A stretch of 64,000 nt of DNA from positions 295,445,765-295,509,764 of the forward strand of contig NC_133620.1 of NCBI RefSeq assembly GCF_048593235.1, written 5' to 3'. The notes below the pieces were generated by a model that was given only the letters and a program-made list of their open reading frames with translations, ran no database searches and was not told where the DNA came from. The position numbers and the translations under genes were made by a program. Source of the stretch: Sminthopsis crassicaudata. Lineage: Eukaryota. Positions 12,871 through 23,800 of the stretch are shown piece after piece (the stretch's first letter is position 1; each line of letters begins with the position of its first letter).

Positions 12871-13964
12871 TCCAGTTTGGGTATAAAAGGGTATGTAGAT
12901 TCATGGCAGTAGGACGAGGTATGTAGGTTAATGAAAAAGGGATAGAAATGAAGGGAAAGAGTAGTATAGGATAAGGTAGGATACAGAAGGGTATTTAGAT
13001 TAACAGGAGTGGGATAAAGTATATAGATTAATGGGAATGGGTAGGAGGAAGTAGAAGAATTGCAGGGATAGGAAGTAAGAGATTATACAACAAAAACTAT
13101 AACAAAGATCAAGAGTAGAATTTAGAAGGAAAAAAAGTAAGGCTAAGAATCATTGATCTCAGACAAAATGAAACTTAAAGATTTAATCAAGAGTCATGTT
13201 ATGTCAGTCATATTATGACTGTCATATGGGAGTCACATTAATGTCGAGGATGCATGCCTACACATGTGTAAATGCATAGTACATATAAATATATGTAACA
13301 TGTAGCTTTCCTATGCTTAATTATAGCCTGCTTGGGGGAGGTGTCAGAACAAAGGGGTGGGGTGGGGAATAAAGTAAAAAGCAGAAAACAAAGAATACCC
13401 TCCGAGGAAGCAAAAAAAAGATGGACAATCATAAATATAATATCTTTTATTATTATTATTATTATTATTATTTTTAGTTCTGGGTGTCATATTTTATTTT
13501 AGATATTGGCAAATTGAAGCCTATTCAGGAAATTGTGATGACTAGCAAACTTGAAATTATTCTACATTAGGCTCAATTGAAGAAATTGTTTACCCTGAAG
13601 AACTGTAGACTTTTAAGGGAAACATGACCTATGTCAAATTTTTTTTTTTTTAATAGTGATATACAGAGTTTTGACTAACTTTTTTTGGTTCCAGGTAATA
13701 AAGCTAGGACTAATGAATTGAAGTAATAGGGAGTTAGATTTTCACTTGATAACATAATAACATAACAAAGAAATACTTTTAAATAGAATGAGTTCAGTTC
13801 AAATACATCCTCCTCTAGAAAACTTATCTTAATCCCTTTCACATAATACCTATGGACATTACTTTATGTGTTTATGTATGTGTATGTGCTATATTTAAAT
13901 TTCCATGTACTTGTTTTCTGTCAATAGAATGTAAAATCCTCAAGAACATGGATTGTTTCCTTTT

Positions 13965-14312
13965 TCTTTTTCTTTTTTATAATTATAAATTTTTTTGATA
14001 GTATATATGCATGAGTAATTTTTTTTTATAACATTATCCCTTGTATTCATTTTTCCAAATTATCCCCTCCCTCCCTCTACTCCTTCCCCTAGATGACAGG
14101 CAATCTCATACATTTTACATGTGTTACAGTATAACCTAGATATAATATATGTGTGTAAATCCAATTTTCTTGTTGCACTTTAAGTATTGGATTCTGAAGG
14201 TATAGCTAACCTGGGTAGATAGACAATAGTGCTAACAATTTACATTCACTTCCTAGTGTTCCTTCTCTGGGTGTAGTTGTTTCTGTCCATCATTGATCAA
14301 TTGGAAGTGAAT
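13965..14312 (-). mobile_element. Young L1 3'UTR fragment
   Basis: Reverse complement of the 3'UTR at 9800-10150; T-rich tail on the left. Confidence 0.85.
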
Positions 14313-15021
14313 CTCTTTTATTATTATATATACTTTCTCGAAATGGAAATTTTTTGTTATATATTTTGAATCCTTCCTGATGTTCTGCTACACATGTGGC
14401 AATGTTTTGTTTTGTTTTTTTAATTTTTCTTTTCTTTCTTTTTTCTATTATTTTTTAAATTTTGTATTTAGTTTTAAATAAATAAATATTTTCTAAAAAA
14501 TTCCAATCTAGTGTTTCCCAATTCTAGCTATTACAAAATTCCTTTTGTCTCATTTCACAGGATTCCTCTATGATCCTATGTAATTTATTTTATGCACTTA
14601 GAAACATTCTGAGATGGGCTTCAAAATGACAAAAGGATCCATTAATAATAATAGATACTATTTATATGTAACTACTATAAGCCAGGCACTGTATTTAATA
14701 AAAATTATTTCATTTGATCCTCATAGTCACACTATGAAATAAGTTCTGTTATTATCCTCATTTTGCAATTGAGGAAACTTATACAAGAATTAAATGGCTT
14801 GCCCAGCATGATACAAATATCTGAATCTGAACTTAGGTCTTTTTGACTTCAGGACCATATTGAGCCACCTAATTGCCTATCTTACTATATTATTTTCAAG
14901 CTATTTGTGTTTGTATGTGTGTAAAACAATATAACATATGTAAAGCTTTCTGCAAATTTTAAAACCTTAAATAAATGCTACCCATAATATATATTATACT
15001 TTTATTCATACATATGTACAA

Positions 15022-15054
15022 AAGATATTATACACACACACACACACACACACA
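15022..15054. repeat. (CA)n microsatellite
   Basis: Direct reading. Confidence 0.95.
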
Positions 15055-15089
15055 CCAGTCACTTTCTTTGTATGTATCCATATCAATCA

Positions 15090-15700
15090 TTCAAAAAACA
15101 TTTATTTAGCACTTAATATGTTCCAGGCTCTCTGCTAATAAGTTTTGGGGATACAAAAAAAGCAAAAGACAGACCTTACTCTCAAGAAGTTTACAATTTA
15201 ATGGGGGACACAACATGCAAACAAATACAAAGCTAACATATTCAGGATAAATAGGAAATAATTAACAATGGGAAGATACTAGAATTAAGAGAGGTTTGGA
15301 TTACTGTAAAATACCGGATTTTAATGGACACTTAAAGAAAACCAAGGAAACCAGACTGAAGGAGGGAGAACATTCCAGGCTTCGGGAACAGCCGGATAAA
15401 ATTTCTAGACCCAAGTGATGGAATGCCTTCTTTGTGGAACAGTCAGGAGGTAAGTCTCAATGGATTGAAGAATACATGCTGGGGAAGAAGATATAAGAAG
15501 ACTGGAAAGGTAAGCCAGTACTAGATTACAAAGAGCTTTGAATGTCAAACAGGATTTTGTATTTGATCCTGGAGGCAATAGGGGGCCACTAGAGTTTATT
15601 TAAAAGGGAAATACTTTAGGAAAATCACTATAGTGGCTAAATGTGGGGTGGAGGTAGATTGGACTGCACAGAGATCTGAAATAGGCAGATCAAACAGTAT
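15090..15700 (-). mobile_element. L2 3' remnant
   Basis: aaacatttatttagcacttaatatgttccagg tail-type motif followed by antisense L2 text. Confidence 0.65.
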
Positions 15701-15885
15701 GTTATTGTAATAACTCTGATGTGGGCAGGTGGTGGGGCTGAGCACTTAGGCTGCAAGGTGGCTGGCCTGGGAAAGGCCAAAGCTCATTCTGGTCCATCAG
15801 CTGCTCCTCAAACCCAGAAAACTGGAAAAGCCACAACTGGGAGAGATATGCAAGATGGATGCAATCAATGGTCATTGGAAAGCTG

Positions 15886-16170
15886 ACCTGTCTCACATTT
15901 TCTGATGTAAGTGAAACCTAGCACAAGATGTGGGATGCTTTTATTGCTTTGCACTTAGAAGAATGCCTTAGAAAAAGAACTGCAAACTCCAAAAGATTAG
16001 AGAAGGAATCTTTGAAAAAGCCATTCTCCTTAAATCTAGAGAAGATTGTAAACAATACTTTATTAAGGAAATTCACATCTCAAGGTGTGAAGGAAAGAAA
16101 AGAATTGAGGAGAGAAGTTGAAGTATTGGCAAACATGAAATATCCAAATATATAGGAAATCATTTGAAAG
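15886..16170 (+). pseudogene. NEK1: Processed NEK1 retrocopy fragment (5'UTR plus N-lobe of kinase), frameshifted, start codon lost
   Basis: Translates across frameshifts as [60 protein letters not shown] versus recalled NEK1 [65 protein letters not shown]; no intron at the ISR/MSS junction. Confidence 0.88.
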
Positions 16171-17004
16171 ACAGATAAAATTTACAAGAGTACCCAAAAA
16201 CTCATCAACTAAATGATGGTGTCTGTATAATTTAATTGTGAATACAATTTTATTACTCTGATGGAATAAAGTATCATTGCAAGGTCAGCATTATATGAAA
16301 CCTAGTAGCCACATTGATTCTTTGATACTATCTATATTTTCATTTAGTTCCATACTGGCTGAGGACTATATTGGTAATATTTTAGCAGGAACCTATTATG
16401 CTGATGAAAATAAAATATTCACTTAAGTTTTTCTTAACCTTTTAAGTTCTATTTAACCCATTAAGTTCCATTACCTGTGAGAGGAAGTGCTGAGTCTCTG
16501 AAAATAAGCTGATAGACCTATCCATATATTTCCTTATATATGAAATTACAAGATTTAAGTATTTTCTTGACAGGTTTAAAATAAGATAAATATAGTATTT
16601 AGAAAAATTTTTTGCCAGATAACCTTGTAATAAAATTAATTAATAATAGATTTTTTTTAACTTTAAGATGACATCAAATAAAAAAAACAAGCCAGAAAAA
16701 CCAACTGATATGAAAAGAATATTAGTCAGTAATGTTCTCAAAAAAAAAAATTTAATCACGAATGTTCAACAAACTCAGAAGAGAATGGTTCCACATTGAA
16801 CATAATCAGACTCAAGATTACATACAAAAATTTTGATTCTGATCTCACATACACACACACACAAAACACAGTGAGTATTAATATGTACAGAACAGAACAC
16901 AAAAGGATGACATGTGAAACCACTAATCTCCATTCTATACTACTTGTTTTTTTAAAATATAGTAAGTTGAATATATTACTTTCAAAATTAAAAAAAAAAA
17001 AAAT

Positions 17005-17480
17005 CCAGGTGTGAAGAGACAAAGGCCTGCATTAGAGTAGTAGCAGTGTCAAATGAGAGAAAAGGGCTCATCAGAAAGATTCTGCAAAGGTGAGAATGAC
17101 AAGCCTTGGGGGATGAAAGAGTGAAGAATCCGGGCTGATTTGCAAGGTTGCAAATCTGAGGGCCTGGGAAGATGGTACAGCCTATATCCATAGGCTATAC
17201 AATAGTTTAGAGATTGCATTTCAACCTGAAGAAGCTGGAAGGAGTTCTTCAGTCTGGTAAGAATATCAGATTTTAAAAGTAAGAAGATTACAGGGTAGGG
17301 TAGTATGGTGCTATCCATACTTGGGTAGAATGAACTACTCTACTTTGTATGGGTCAATTAAGATGGGCTTAATTCACTGCAAGCTAGATTTAAGGATTTT
17401 TTTATTTTGAAGATTGTGAAATGTTAGAGCATTTGTTAAAGGAGGCTGAAGAGTTTCCTTTTCTGTGGATTTTTAATTGT
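17005..17480. mobile_element. L2 fragment followed by CR1/L3-like 3' end
   Basis: Recognised by resemblance to recalled consensus text only. Confidence 0.4.
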
Positions 17481-17872
17481 AGACTGAGCATTCAAGATGA
17501 TTTCACGGATTGAGAGCTACCACAATTTGAAAAACTTTATAATGGCATACAACACAGTAATACTGTACATGCTCCTCACCATGCCTAACATGATTTTTTG
17601 TTTGTTTGTCTGTTTTGTGCACAGCAGATGTTATCTGGTGAACAATTGTTTGAAGAAAGGTTTTTGAAAACTTTCTCTGAAATGATACCTAGAGATAAAG
17701 GATCAAATTAGATTGCATCTAATCCTAGGATTGTATCTTTTACTTTTCAAGAGAAGAGAGAGAGGGAGGAGTAGGGAAAGAAAGGGCATGGTGTCAAGAG
17801 TCTCTTTTACTTTCAGACCTATGTAAATAGGCAAGGCTGCAAACTGCCCTGTGCAGTATTTTGTCCCTTGGA

Positions 17873-18090
17873 TCAGTAGTGTTAAACTCAGATAGAAACA
17901 GAACTAGGAAAGGATTACAAGAGGATCCCAGCTGCCAAATATGGACTTTAGAAAACCACTTATTAATATTATCTATACTTTATTATTGTATTTGTTTTTA
18001 TTAAAATTCCTCAATTACATTTTAATTTGGTACCCTTCCATGTAAGAATATTATGGAGCCCCATGGACACATCTACCACGGATTATAAGA
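17873..18090. mobile_element. Non-autonomous hAT-like DNA transposon relic
   Basis: Begins cagtagtgttaaactcagatagaaac, resembling a common marsupial MITE; right end decayed. Confidence 0.45.
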
Positions 18091-21000
18091 GGGCTCAATT
18101 TTATAAATGAGCTTTTAAAGTCAGTCCATCCCAGGCACATTATTCATTGAAGAGAATCTGTGGATGCTGGAGTCTTTAGCACCTATGAAGTGGGGTAAAG
18201 GAAAAAACCTGGCTTAAGAATCTATTTCTTCAGTGCACAAAGCAAACCTCTCCAGATGTGGAGAGTTTCCATTATGCCACAGTCATTGCTTAACTTATGC
18301 AGAATCTTCTCCAAAACCCAATACTCTTATAGCATCCTCATATACATCCTCATTACAATCTACATGGTGGTAAAGCTTGCCCCAATCTGAAGACTTTTTT
18401 GGGAAAGTAAGGTATGGAGAACACTGCTGGAGGATATCATCTGAACAGTCCAACCAATCCCTCTACATCTGAAATTTTTTTTTACCTAATTCTTCTTTCT
18501 CTTTCACCAGTTTCTTTTTGTGAAGTTATATTTCCTATTACACTCATGTTTTTTAGGCTCTCTACCAGGTTACTAAACAGAATGAAACACTCCATTAATT
18601 CTTGTCAGTATTTAAAGTGCCATTTTTCTGGATAGAATTAGCTTTTTTTTCCCCCCTTCCTCTTTCCTCTAAGCATCTGTCACCAGCATTTAGGTGGCTG
18701 GCATACCAGTATAAGATAATAAAGACCTGTTGGTCCTTATTGATCAACAATTTAGAAATATACCCTGAATTGCCAGCTTTTCAAGTGTTGCAGACTCCAC
18801 AACCATATGAAGATAGAAAATGAAGGGAAAAAGAGACTTTCCCAAAGAATAGATACATCAGAACAAAAAATTGTAAAAAAAAAAAAAAAGTTAGCTATCA
18901 GCTTCTACCTACCAATGTCTCTCAATTCAGCTATTCTATTTTGTTATATTAATATAACGTTAAGCATAGTTCCCTAGTCCCAGAAGCATTGTAGCCTAAA
19001 ACTTCTGGCTCACTAGAGAGAGGAAGGGAGAAAATAGAGGTCCGAATGAAAGAAGAGAATATCTGTACAGAATTAGGTCTTCCCTCTCTTCCTTCCCCAT
19101 CTGATTTAGCAGGCAACCCACCCTATAGCTTAAGAGGTCTCTGGAACAGCTCAGATCACATTACCAGGGCTTTGATTCAAAGTCCTTCAGCATGTAAGGC
19201 CCCAGAAAAAGTGGAGGTATGGAGATAGATTCACTGTTAAGTAACTTGTTCTAGATCACAAAGCAGCCTTTCCACGAGTCTAAAATACACATAATTTCTG
19301 CTGTAAATAATACTTTGATTTTCAAAGTAACTGAAAACTAAACCTTGAAACAGGAAGAGGGAGATGACAGCCCTTTGGGGTCAGCTGGCAAATGCTGAAG
19401 GTGTGTCCCTTTTTCTACCTTCAGCCTTCCATGATGCAGTAAAAGGAATGGATTTTGCTACTGAAGTCTCCATTTTCCATTTCTCACAGGAAGACAGAAA
19501 CAGAGTAAGAGATAGTTGCTTTCTTAGCACTTGGGCAGTACTGTTGGAACATGTATGCATGTACTAATTGGATAGGTTAAGTGCCTAGTTTCCTGGAGAA
19601 AGCAAGTAGGTCTTGTCAAGAGAGCAACATTCCCTTAGGCTCAGATAAATAGAGTTATATGCATATGTAGACAGGAGAAGTGGTGGGAAGAAATAGAAGC
19701 TAGATGCTTGGATCCCAGAGTATAGAGGTAGGAAGGAACCCAGCAATGAGAAAAACTGAGCATGTGTAGTCAGGGCCAGGTCTAACATTTCTTTAAATAG
19801 AAGGTTTAAAAAAAAAAAATCTCAGAAAAATCTTATCACATCCAAGTGTCATAGTACACTCGGCAGGAGGGCTTTGAGGTTTCCTGTCCAAAACTGTAAA
19901 AGAGACTATCTCAATTTCTCAATCCCCCACTTCTTGAGAAATGTGCCAAGTTTAGGGGATCACATAGCTCTATAAGCAAAGTTTTAACCCATCTGTTTTC
20001 AATACATTTTAGTCAACAGTCACAGAATCTCAGAGACTTGAGTGAACAACTAAGACTTAGCCGAGGTTGGGGAAGAAGCATGACACAGAACAAAGTCCCA
20101 TAGAAGGAAAGCCACATAATGTTAAGAGCTGGGAGCCTGGATTCCAACTCTTTTAATTTGAAAAAAATCTAGATTAACCAAGTCTCAATTATCCTACCCT
20201 TGGCTAGTCTTCTCAGTCTGAATCCTCAAAGTCCCACAGCCACTCACTAAAACATCACTCTCTCCCTTCCTAACAATGTATCACTTCATCTCCGGGAAGA
20301 AGCAAAGTCTCATAGACTAACCAAAGAAAATGATGACCTAAATGGCAGGGAAAAAACTGTGTCACCCAATTAACACGACTCTGCTCCCTTTTATTCCACT
20401 CCCTCCATCTGCCTTTTCACTTTCTCTAAATCTGTAAAGTTAACTATTCTCCCATTACTGGTCATATTTTAATTGCCTAACTTAAATCCCAGCAAACCCT
20501 CTGAGCAAGGTCTGAAGGAGATTAGCCTCAAAATGGAAAAGCCTGCTCCCTCATCTATGGTGAAGCTACCAAGGGCACTGGGACAAACTAACACTCAATG
20601 CCAGGCCTAAGTCTTCCACCTTGAAATCACCCACATCTTTCCAAGTCTCTGCCCCCAAACGCCCCTCCCCTACACCTCACACCCCAAGAGTCCTTCCCCG
20701 TTTTACAGACTGCACATTCCTCTTTTTTCTAGGGGACTTGCAGCTCCTGACTGGCTTGTAGTAAATGCTCCATATTAGCCCAAGCAGTGTGGACAGAAAA
20801 CTCCATACAAGGTGTAACTGATTCTTCTAGTCCCACAAGGCTTCATAATTGTTATAATATCGAGAGATAAAATAAAGTGAGATGAGCTTCAAAATCCTCG
20901 GACTTGGTGCGATCCGGAGGCGAACTGACAAGTATGAGAAAGGTATGGAAGAATCAAGGGAAGAAAAGCCAGCCATTAAACTGCGGCTGGGAGAAGGCAC

Positions 21001-21249
21001 AAAAAATCGCTTGGCATGTGATTTTTTGGGGGGGGAGGGGGAAGAAAAGGCAAAAAAAAAGCAAAAGGGCTAAGAAATAAGAATAGGAACAAGCCTAGGG
21101 AAAGTGTGTCAGAGAGGCGGGGGGAAGGAAGGAGAAGAGAAGGAAACATCTCCAAACATTTACAGAGGACGAAAAGTCCCAAGGAATGGGGTTCGGGGTC
21201 CAAGGTTGCAGAAGGATCACGAGGAAGAAGAGGGTGCTGGGCAAATGGA

Positions 21250-22440
21250 AATCGCCGGAAGGGGCAGTATAATCGGGAGGAGAGAAATCTAAATGGCGGA
21301 GGTGCGGAGAAGGAAGAAGGGAGAGATGGTGCGGATGGAAGGCGAGTACACGGCCGTGCAGGAATGTGTGACTGGGGGGCAGCAGCCGAGGCCCTGAGGG
21401 GAAGGAAGTGGGGAGAATGGGGGAGAGGTGGCTAGAGACCTCCACATGGGAGGCGGAGCTTCCCTTAAGGGGGGCGCACAATCACCTCCTCCGGCCCCTC
21501 CCCAGGACCGGGCGCGCGCACTCCGGGCAAAATGATTCCGTACAGGTGAGGGGGGCGCGAGAGCTCGCGGCAGCCTAGGTGCGGGGAGAGGGGGAGGGGC
21601 TTGTGGGTGGTCTGGACCGAGCTCGCTCCTTCCCGGTCTCACTCACCCGCAGGGCAGACAGATCGATGTCATCCAGGCTTCGGGCTGGGGCAGGGTCTCC
21701 CATGGCGGCTGCCGGGCCGAAGCCAGAGCCTGGAGGCTCGAGCTGGGCGGGCCCAGGAGAGACGCGGGGTCACTCAGGCTCCGGCTCCCTTATTGCACTG
21801 CCGTAGTCGTTTCTGCCCCATTGAAGGAGAAGAGAGGATCGGGCTCCGGCTCGCTTCTCCGGTCCTTCCCTGGAAAGACGAGGTTGGGAGGCAGGATGAA
21901 AATAAGTTAACCGAAAGGATCCTTCCTGATTTGCTGACTGACAGGAGCTCAAGTCCTGAACTCGCAGCCCAGAGCTCCCGAACTCTACTGCGCACGCGTT
22001 CTTCGCGCGAGGGTGGGAGAGGGTGGGAGCAGGAGGGCAAGATGTGCGCACGCGCGAGAACCTGATTAAGGATCAGGAGTTTAAGAAAGTGGGTGCTGGG
22101 GAGAAGTGCGGGATGTGACGGTCTAGGATTCGTGGAATAACTGTTGCGCGTGCGCTGGACGAAATCTCTCTTCTTTTGCTCTTCCAGTTTCGCCTGCTAT
22201 GTTTTCCCCTCCCGCCGGTCAGGCCTGAAACTGACACCCAGTTTCGCGAAACTGGTCGGTCGGAGAGGGGCGGGGTAGGGGAAGGTGGGAAAAGGAGCGA
22301 CACCCAGTTCCAGTTCACAACTCCAGAGGGGCTGCCATGGCAACTCCCCACGCTAAGGGGAAAGCGAGCCTCGGGATAGGATGCGATCGGCAAGTACAGG
22401 CAGTCCACCCACCCTGGTCGCCACGGCAACCGAAGAACCT
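21250..22440. promoter_or_regulatory. CpG island / MINK1 promoter
   Basis: Dense CpG in an otherwise CpG-depleted window, surrounding MINK1 exon 1; three GCGCAnGCGC-like motifs and an 18-bp palindrome. Confidence 0.85.
21647..21703 (-). CDS. MINK1: MINK1 (misshapen-like kinase 1, MAP4K6) coding exon 1; intron 1 runs off the window start
   Basis: Reverse complement reads gccgccATG GGA GAC CCT...CTG CGG|GTGAGT = MGDPAPARSLDDIDLSALR, matching the human MINK1 N-terminus as I recall it; 57 nt, phase 0, inside a CpG island, syntenic downstream of PLD2. Confidence 0.97.
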
Positions 22441-23604
22441 CTGGGGGAGGGAATACAGTCAGGAAAGTCTGGGGAGAGTGGAAGTGGGAGAGGGCAGGTA
22501 CAGCTCCTGACAGGAGCTCAGGAGATGTTCCCCAGCTAGGGGAGGCTTAGAACTTCTCTAAGGGATACTTCTAACTAGGGAGGTCTTCCCAGATCCCTCA
22601 TTAAACAGTTTCTCCCCTCCCTCACCAACACAGGGTTTATGCGTATTAAATACGGTTGATAAATTGCATTGATTGATGGATCGTTGTACGGCTTGATGAA
22701 AGCAGAGTATTCCTAACAGCTTCTCTTGGGGCCACTTACGTCACACACAAACCTAAGACAGCTCTTGTTCTCCCCTTAGAATGGGAGCTCTCTAGAGTTA
22801 AGCATGTGGCTGCACCTTTAATTTATCTTTCCCCTCAAAGCTCAGCCTACAAAACTCTCATGGGGGTGGGAAGGAGGGAAGTGAGCCAACGTTCACTATT
22901 GTGGAAGATGAAAATTGCAAAGAGTCAGAGTCTGCTAAGATGACACTGTAGGATTCTGGCTCTTGTGCAATTCTATTATGCACTGAAATGGGTAGGGCTG
23001 GAATAGGTGGAGTGAAGTGGGGCAGAGAGCATTTAGGCAGGAGAACTACTCAGAGGCAAGAATAAACAGATTGTGTGTGGGAGCAGAGGGACTAATGTTA
23101 TTCCGGACTTTGAATGCCATTATTGTCCTTTAATGGATATATATCTCTGGGATGGAAGTGGTAGGGTACTAGAAGCTCAGGGACCACAATACTTCCAGGT
23201 CCTCCCTTAGGGAGGCTCATAAACTCCTAGGGTTCCCAGGCTCTCTTCCAATACTTTTTGTAAATTGAGGGTCCGGAGGGTTCAAAGAACACAGCAACAT
23301 CATGTACCATGAGGGTGGGAAGTAACAATCTGAAGCCCCTCTGATCACCTACCTTCCCTAGTAATCCTCTTCCTATCCGCTGATACCATCTAGATTCATT
23401 TCCCAATGGTTTATATACTTCAATCCCCTCTAATAAGCACATTCTAGGCATACTGAATATCTATTAAACATTCTGCTTTGTGCCAGGTACAAGGCTGAGA
23501 ATAAAAATATGAAAAAGAAGTCCCTGCCCTCAAAGAGTTAACAACCTACAGCAAAAAGAAACAAAAGCAAATTTAAAAAGAGAATGGCTGTGAGGTTTTC
23601 CCCA

Positions 23605-23800
23605 TTTTGTTGCTGGTCAATTGTATCTGACTCTTTGTGACCCCATTTGGCAAAGATACTGCAGTGGTTTGCCATTTCTTTCCCAGCTCCTTTTTAAAGA
23701 CAAGAAAACAGAGCTAAACAGTAACTGAGCTAATTAGCTAGTTCAACAGTGTTGAACTCAGGTCTTCTTGTCTCCAGGCCTGATGCTCTATCTACTTTCC
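23605..23800 (-). mobile_element. CORE-SINE (Mar1-like)
   Basis: Antisense gcaaagatactgcagtggtttgccatttctttcccagctc tail. Confidence 0.65.

Noticed and set aside
16778-16810. EENGSTLNII resembling the next NEK1 exon (EENGSLYIV)
   Set aside because: Five-residue match 600 nt away with no flanking similarity; likely chance.
21095-22429. Many overlapping 60-154 aa ORFs around MINK1 exon 1
   Set aside because: GC-rich stop-poor CpG island; low-complexity translations; only the 57-nt MINK1 exon is recognisable.
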